NCBI RefSeq assembly: GCF_018977255.1
Contig: NW_024705511.1
Location: forward strand, 1-38,195
Origin: Callorhinchus milii
Taxonomy: Eukaryota
DNA length: 38,195 nt
Reading direction: 5' to 3'
The position numbers were made by a program, and so were the translations under genes. The notes below the pieces were generated by a model. It was not told the DNA's origin and made no database searches. It saw only the letters and a program-made list of their open reading frames with translations. Below, one piece after another: positions 32,503-38,195 of this stretch; position 1 is the stretch's first letter; each line of letters opens with the position of its first letter.

Positions 32503-32530
32503 CGCAATTACCAGCGAAACGTCGTACTCA
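32503..32530 (+). ncRNA. 3' half of the PLE-B hammerhead ribozyme, directly after the Tx1 tail
   Basis: CGCAATTA CCAGC GAAAC GTC GTACTCA has the same CGAAACGTCGT core as the PLE-A ribozymes. Confidence 0.8.
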
Positions 32531-32690
32531 AATTGTAAATGTTGTGGCTTCAACACACCGGTGGGCTAAAGCAGTGAACTATTTGTCTTTGTCAACGTGA
32601 CACATTTTTACTGATTGGCCGTGTCGGGTGGTGGAGGGTTACGACACATTTATAAATAACGCGATCTAAACCCAAAAACGTTGATTATGA

Positions 32691-33454
32691 ATACTGATAC
32701 TATGAAGTTTATACTTTAGCTTTTTTACGTGGTTGTTTAGTTACTGCAGCTACATACTATTAACATTCCTACCCTTTATTAATGCTACCCATATCCCCTC
32801 CCTTTGATGCTGCTAATCCTGCATAATGCACGGGCATAATATGACTTTGAAAACCCCCCGTCCACCTCCTACGCATTTCACAAGTAGTACTAATCACATA
32901 CCTGCATTTCCCATAAATATGCTAAATTCCTCTTGATATGAAAATTATTTTGTCAAGGCGCCCTTCCCCCCATCCAACCCAGCTTAAATATACGCTCCAA
33001 GCATGGTGGTGTTTCATTTTGCTTCCTCTTAGTATCTTTCACTCGACGGTCAATGGTATAGTGTATAGCAGATTGTATAATAATAAATAGTATAAAATTG
33101 TAATGTTTAATACAATGTATAAGGCAATATATAGTATCGTAATTGTATAGTGAATATACAGCAGTGTGAAATACAATAGGGTGAATAGAATAATACATAG
33201 TGTAATATTACACTATGTATTATTCTAAGGTATAGGGTGGTGTATAGTAATACAGTATATAATTTAATGTTGGGTTTGTCTATGGCAGCATATAGTACGA
33301 GGTAGACCTGTGTGATGTAAGGAAAAAAGTTTAGCTGGAAGCATATTATATTTTTTTGCGACATAGAATTGTAATGTATTACTTACTGTTAGTAGCTCAG
33401 CTTATTGGAGAGTATATTTAGTATACTGATGATACTATGAAGTTTATACTTTAG
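32691..33454 (+). mobile_element. PLE-C non-coding pLTR/UTR tandem (PLE-A relative; no hammerhead core)
   Basis: 32698-33018 is homologous to PLE-A at about 14745-15056. 33042-33454 restarts the unit. Confidence 0.85.
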
Positions 33455-33621
33455 ATTTTGGCGTGTCTATGCACAAATAAGGTTTAGGAAAGAAGCAGGA
33501 GTGACGTCACGCGGAGGCACGTGGTTACAATGCGTCACGAGCGGGGGACACCTCCTCACTGGCGTTGGGCGCCGATGACGTCAGACCGAGATAACGAGAG
33601 CCGGGTCGTGAGAGGGCGAAT

Positions 33622-33851
33622 GTCTTGAGAGTTTAACGCTTTCGCGACCAATGTCGTCCATGATACAGGCCTTTTGGGATAGATCGCGTAAACATCTAAA
33701 TGTGTCGTTAACCCCGCCACCACCACCCGAGCGGGCGGGGCGCGAAGTCCGCCCCCTCCACCCGGCCCCTCCTCGGCCGCGTCTCGCTGGGCCCCCCGGG
33801 CCCCCGCCGATCCGGGGGGGGACCGCCCCCCCCCGCACCAGCGCCTGTCAG
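33622..33851 (-). mobile_element. GC-enriched, diverged relic of a PLE-B-type pLTR with hammerhead remnant
   Basis: The minus strand reads CTGACAGG C GCTGG..CCAGC GAGAC, then TCGGGTGGTGG..ACGACACATTTA..ACGCGATCTA..CCCAAAA..ATG GAC GAC ATT GGT CGC GAA AGC, matching about 17780-17869. Confidence 0.7.
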
Positions 33852-33872
33852 ACACCGCCTAGGGGGTTATTG

Positions 33873-34070
33873 CGCGTGCGCCCCCCACAACACGTGCGCC
33901 CCCCACAACACGCGCCCCCCACAACACGTGCGCCCCCCACAACACGCGTGCCCCCCACAACACGCGCGCCCCCACAACACGCGCCCCCCACTACACGCGT
34001 GCCCCCCACAACACGTGCGCCCCCCACAACACGCGTGCCCCCCACAACACGCGTGCCCCCCACAACAAGC
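33873..34070. repeat. About 18-20 bp minisatellite (CGTGCGCCCCCCACAACA), about 10 copies
   Basis: Direct inspection. Confidence 0.92.
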
Positions 34071-34169
34071 GCGCCTGCACTCGCGAACCGCGCCGATCAC
34101 GTAACACTTTAAATCTCCGCTCACAGCTGTCGGGATCTAATTAATGACTTTGCGCACTCACGCAACGTC

Positions 34170-34304
34170 CCCCACCCCCGGCCGGGCGTGGTGCTGACCA
34201 CCCACCCCCTCGTGTGCCGTGCTGGCCTTCAGAGGTGCTCGCTAACAACACTTGCCCCAACAGTCTGTTAAGGCTATACGGGGGGGGGGGGTCTTTGTCT
34301 TTGT
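34170..34304 (+). repeat. Dispersed SINE/LINE 3'-end family copy with GTCTTTGTCTTTG tail
   Basis: Matches the copies near 4230, 7850, 11707 and 13394. Confidence 0.75.
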
Positions 34305-34393
34305 GGATGAGTGAGTGTGATTGTGGAATTCTTCGGATGTCAGCTCAATGGAGTTCACTCGGGGAATGAACTTTTTCGGATTCTGAAATAAAC

Positions 34394-35511
34394 GTGTGCG
34401 AGTGTTTAGTGGGGGTGGCGTGTGAGTGTGTTTAGTGGGGGTGCATGTGAGTGTTTAGTGGGGGTGCATGTGAGTGTTTAGTGGGGTGTAGTGTGAGTGT
34501 TTAGTGGGGGTGCATGTGAGTGTTTAGTGGGGGTGCATGTGAGTGTTTAGTGGGGGTGCATGTGATGTGGCGTGATGTTGTGTTTAGTGGGGGTGCGTGT
34601 ATGGTGTTTAGTGGGGGTGCATGTGAGTGTTTAGTGGGGGTGCGTGTGTGTTTAGTGGGGGTGCATGTGAGTGTTTAGTGGGGGTGCATGTGAGTGTTTA
34701 GTGGGGGTGCATGTGAGTGTTTAGTGGGGGTGCATGTGAGTGTTTAGTGGGGGTGCATGTGAGTGTTTAGTGGGGGTGCATGTGAGTGTTTAGTGGGGGT
34801 GCATGTGCGTGTTTAGTGGGGGTGCATGTGAGTGTTTAGTGGGGGTGCATGTGCGTGTTTAGTGGGGTGCATGTGCGTGTTTAGTGGGGGTGCATGTGAG
34901 TGTTTAGTGGGGGTGGCATGTGCGTGTTTAGTGGGGGTGCATGTGCGTGTTTAGTGGGGGTGCATGTGCGTGTTTAGTGGGGGTGCATGTGCGTGTTTAG
35001 TGGGGGTGCATGTGCGTGTTTAGTGGGGGTGCATGTGAGTGTTTAGTGGGGGTGTGCATGTGGTGTTTAGTGGGGTGCATGTGCGTGTTTAGTGGGGGTG
35101 CGTGTGCGTGTTTAGTGGGGGTGCATGTGCGTGTTTAGTGGGGGTGCATGTGAGTGTTTAGTGGGGGTGCATGTGAGTGTTTAGTGGGGGTGCGTTGTGG
35201 GTGTTTAGTGGGGGTGCATGTGCGTGTTTAGTGGGGGTGCGTGTGCGTGTTTAGTGGGGGTGCATGTGAGTGTTTAGTGGGGGTGCATGTGCGTGTTTAG
35301 TGGGGTGCGTGTGCGTGTTTAGTGGGGGGCGTGTGCGTGTTTAGTGGGGGCTGTGAGTGTTTAGTGGGGGGGCATGTGCGTGTTTAGTGGGGGTGCATGT
35401 GCGTGTTTAGTGGGGGTGCATGTGCGTGTTTAGTGGGGGTGCATGTGCGTGTTTAGTGGGGGTGCATGTGCGTGTTTAGTGGGGTGCATGTGCGTGTTTA
35501 GTGGGGGTGCA
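34394..35511. repeat. 23-bp G-rich minisatellite (GTGTTTAGTGGGGGTGCATGTGM), about 48 copies, running into a gap
   Basis: Direct inspection. The TGTGAG variant dominates on the left and TGTGCG on the right. Confidence 0.97.
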
Positions 35512-35541
35512 NNNNNNNNNNNNNNNNNNNNNNNNNNNNNN
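35512..35541. other. Assembly gap (30 N)
   Basis: Run of N. Confidence 1.
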
Positions 35542-36991
35542 GATATAATACGAGCAGGTTGACCGCCGTCACCAGACGACACTTCTGCAATGACACGTCG
35601 CACCCGCCATGAAGGTTCCGAGGCGTTGGCGACTGTCAAGCCCTAGTCGACTTGTGCAACAAGCCACCCAGTAAGCGTGTGGTTACGCATCAATGTGACT
35701 TTCGTGGTCTGAGACGAATGAAAAGCATCTGCCACTCGGGGTGCGGGTGACCTGAATTCGATTGTTTTCTAAGGCTCAAGGCTCTCATTACACCATCCAG
35801 GTGGCGCAGGTGATTCTATTTCATAGTTCCAAGATAGTCTAACGATTATCGAATCAGTATTGCGGCTCTTCCTAATATAACTACTAGCCAGTCGACCCTA
35901 GCAATACAGCTAGAGGATAGGAACAGTCCCTGTAGACACGCTGTTACCTCACAGGTTACTTCAGGTCTAGCGCATAAATGATAAATACAAACCGAACTGG
36001 CTACCCAAGCCAACCTGAGTATGTTCTAGCCTGTGTGTTTTACTAGTCTAATTTGAGCAACCCAAGCGACGGGCGAAACATGTGGCTAGAGGGGGGGTCA
36101 ACTGCGTCTAGTCCGCTAAAATAGATACCTGCCATTCCGTTCAGGGGTACTCCGAGTTTCGGATCACACCCATAAGTGTACCCACCACCCAGCGGCACAT
36201 ACAGCATATTTTGGCATGATTCTACTTTTTCTGTGACCACTTAAGCGCTATCTCCCCGCTCCAGTTGCGTGGATGAAAATGCCAATACACTTCAGTCGAA
36301 GCTACAAGAGTTAGTGTTGGAGGAAAAGTCACGTAGCGAGAACTAACCCGGCACCAATTTCAATTGATACTGATAGCAGATGCGCTTGTGTAGTGAGTGC
36401 TGTAAAACGGGTCCTGTGCCTAATACCCTGTAAGACCCCTTGCCTCGGTCAATCGACATAACAGCTCAGATCCACTACGCCCCCGTCCGCTAGTGTGTCA
36501 TAAGGCAAGGACATAGCCTAGACTCCGGGCTCTCACGTGGAGGCTTCGTCCAATCTCGGTCGATTGCGGGCTTAGCGAATAGATAGGAGAGTGTAGCACG
36601 TTAGGAAAGTACTTCATCTTAGTCTACTCCGTTGCGGTGGATACAAATAAATTTCTAGTTCACAGCTCGCTCAGATCTGCTTCACTTCGTAGTACTTCGT
36701 ACGTACTATCCAATAGCTGGCGGGATGAATGTTCTTTTAATAGAATCCCGACCTAGTGCTACTACATTTGCTTTCAGTGCGGTCCCCTTCGCTGACCCGG
36801 CGTTGATAACACGGACTTACGACATGTAGGTGGAATTATTAAATGAGTGTCTCTCATAGTTGCTCGCGATAAACGCCGAACTTCAGGATCGTAGCGAAAT
36901 GTAAGATGGACAATATCTGATACGCGAGATCTGCATTATACGGGGGCGGGATACCAGTTATTCTGGTACTTAATTATGCTACCCTCCCACC

Positions 36992-38195
36992 TTTAAGCCC
37001 AGGAGTGTCTGTGCACTCATCTTTCCCAAATGGAAGCTGCTCGTGGTGGAGGCAACATGTCACGTCTGGCAACGCAAAACTAGTTTAGCACCAATGGATT
37101 TGACTTAAACCACTCGTGCACAAGACCAGTTGAAAAATTATCCTGACATTTTTATAAATTAATACACACCGTGAGGAGGGTAGTTCCTTAAACAGCATGC
37201 TCGAAGTGGTCGAGTGACACGGACGTATGTTCTCCTGTACGTGCATTACACATAGTTATGTTCTCCTGTAAACGAGGGCTACTCCTGGAAAATGCGCACA
37301 ACGCACGCTGCGCTCCCACGGTTTCATCTTTACATGTCACAGCGATCTGCAGGTTCTGCGCTTGTTTAGCTTGAGGCTGTAGTCATCGCCGCGATGCCGC
37401 GAGGGAGTCTGCTGAGTGAGCTCCTGCGCCCCGTTATCAATCGAAGGCTCGCGTTGCCGAGCCACGTGTCGCCAGGCTCGATCGGAACACGACGGTGGCT
37501 GGGAGGGCTCGGCGGGTTGTTTAAAGTTCTTGGGAGACACCGCAATGGGGGATCAACGTAGGCTCGGAATGAACTTAGCAAAATTATATCACTTGAGAGA
37601 GAAGGCTGCAGATGTGTGCGTCGTTGTCTCGTTACCAGCTTTTGTTGAAAACTTGGGTGTCATGTGGAGCATTTCATAATTCTCGTGACAGACTGCAAAG
37701 GCTGAAGTGGAATTCCTCACACATCCGACACGACACAATATACGCACAGACACACGTAAACTTTACCCCCTGTATTTCCAATATTCCTATAACCGTGCTC
37801 GATTCAAGACACTTATTATCTCTTTATCGGTGACACTTTAATAGTCATGTTTTTTGCTGGCTGTTTTGTGTGTGTGGGTCTTTGGGGCTGTCTGATGAAC
37901 AAAAATAAAATTAGTTCCTTGGGTGTTATCCCCTCCATATACGTAGGCTTTGTTCGGGCATTCCAGTTTCCTGCCACACACGACGACCAATTCAGCTCCT
38001 GCCCTCAGGACCCTCTTGGAAATGCAGCTTGAGACCACCAATCACTGCACTGCCACTCCCCAAATGCAGGATACTGCAGCATGCGTCAAAAATAAAATCC
38101 ATTCCAGTCATTCTCAGCACAACAACGGATGAAGGCCCTTCCCGTACGTCGCGTTAACAATGGGGTCATTTGATAATATTTCACACGCTGGTGAG
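36992..38195 (+). repeat. Second copy of the 9580-10796 segment, running off the window end
   Basis: Direct near-identity. Confidence 0.95.

Larger units (their letters stand above)
25089..32690 (+). mobile_element. Penelope-like element PLE-B (second family), 5'-truncated and interrupted by Tx1
   Basis: ORF to 26782, UTR, TATATAA at 26999-27005, split hammerhead, and pLTR resuming at 32503-32690. Flanked by ATACTGA at 25082-25088 and 32691-32697, after which the PLE-C sequence resumes. Confidence 0.88.

Noticed and set aside
34394..35511. Telomeric repeat array
   Set aside because: The unit is 23 bp and contains no TTAGGG tandem.

Overview
Animal (eukaryotic) repeat-rich genomic DNA with no complete host gene. 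The GC-rich style and repeat content look lamprey-like, but the species is only an inference. Left to right: (1) an hAT/Charlie DNA transposon (OC1-like) with an intact 601-aa transposase, its right TIR, an internal 24-bp minisatellite and a nested MITE; (2) about 11 kb of old repeats (two RTE-LINE 3' pieces, a 5S-derived fragment, a dispersed SINE/LINE tail, minisatellites) and possible host exons; (3) a head-to-tail Penelope-like element array (PLE-A, RT plus GIY-YIG) with three hammerhead ribozymes, bounded by a 10-bp TSD; (4) an inverted PLE UTR piece and a 3.15-kb 55-bp satellite; (5) a nest in which a second Penelope family (PLE-B) sits in a PLE-A-related pLTR, and a full-length Tx1-clade L1 retrotransposon sits inside the PLE-B hammerhead ribozyme; (6) a GC-shifted PLE-B pLTR relic, G-rich minisatellites, an assembly gap, and a 1.2-kb duplicate of 9580-10796. 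The most notable observation is the apparent parasite chain Tx1 -> PLE-B hammerhead -> PLE-A-type pLTR, which suggests site-specific targeting of a self-cleaving ribozyme.
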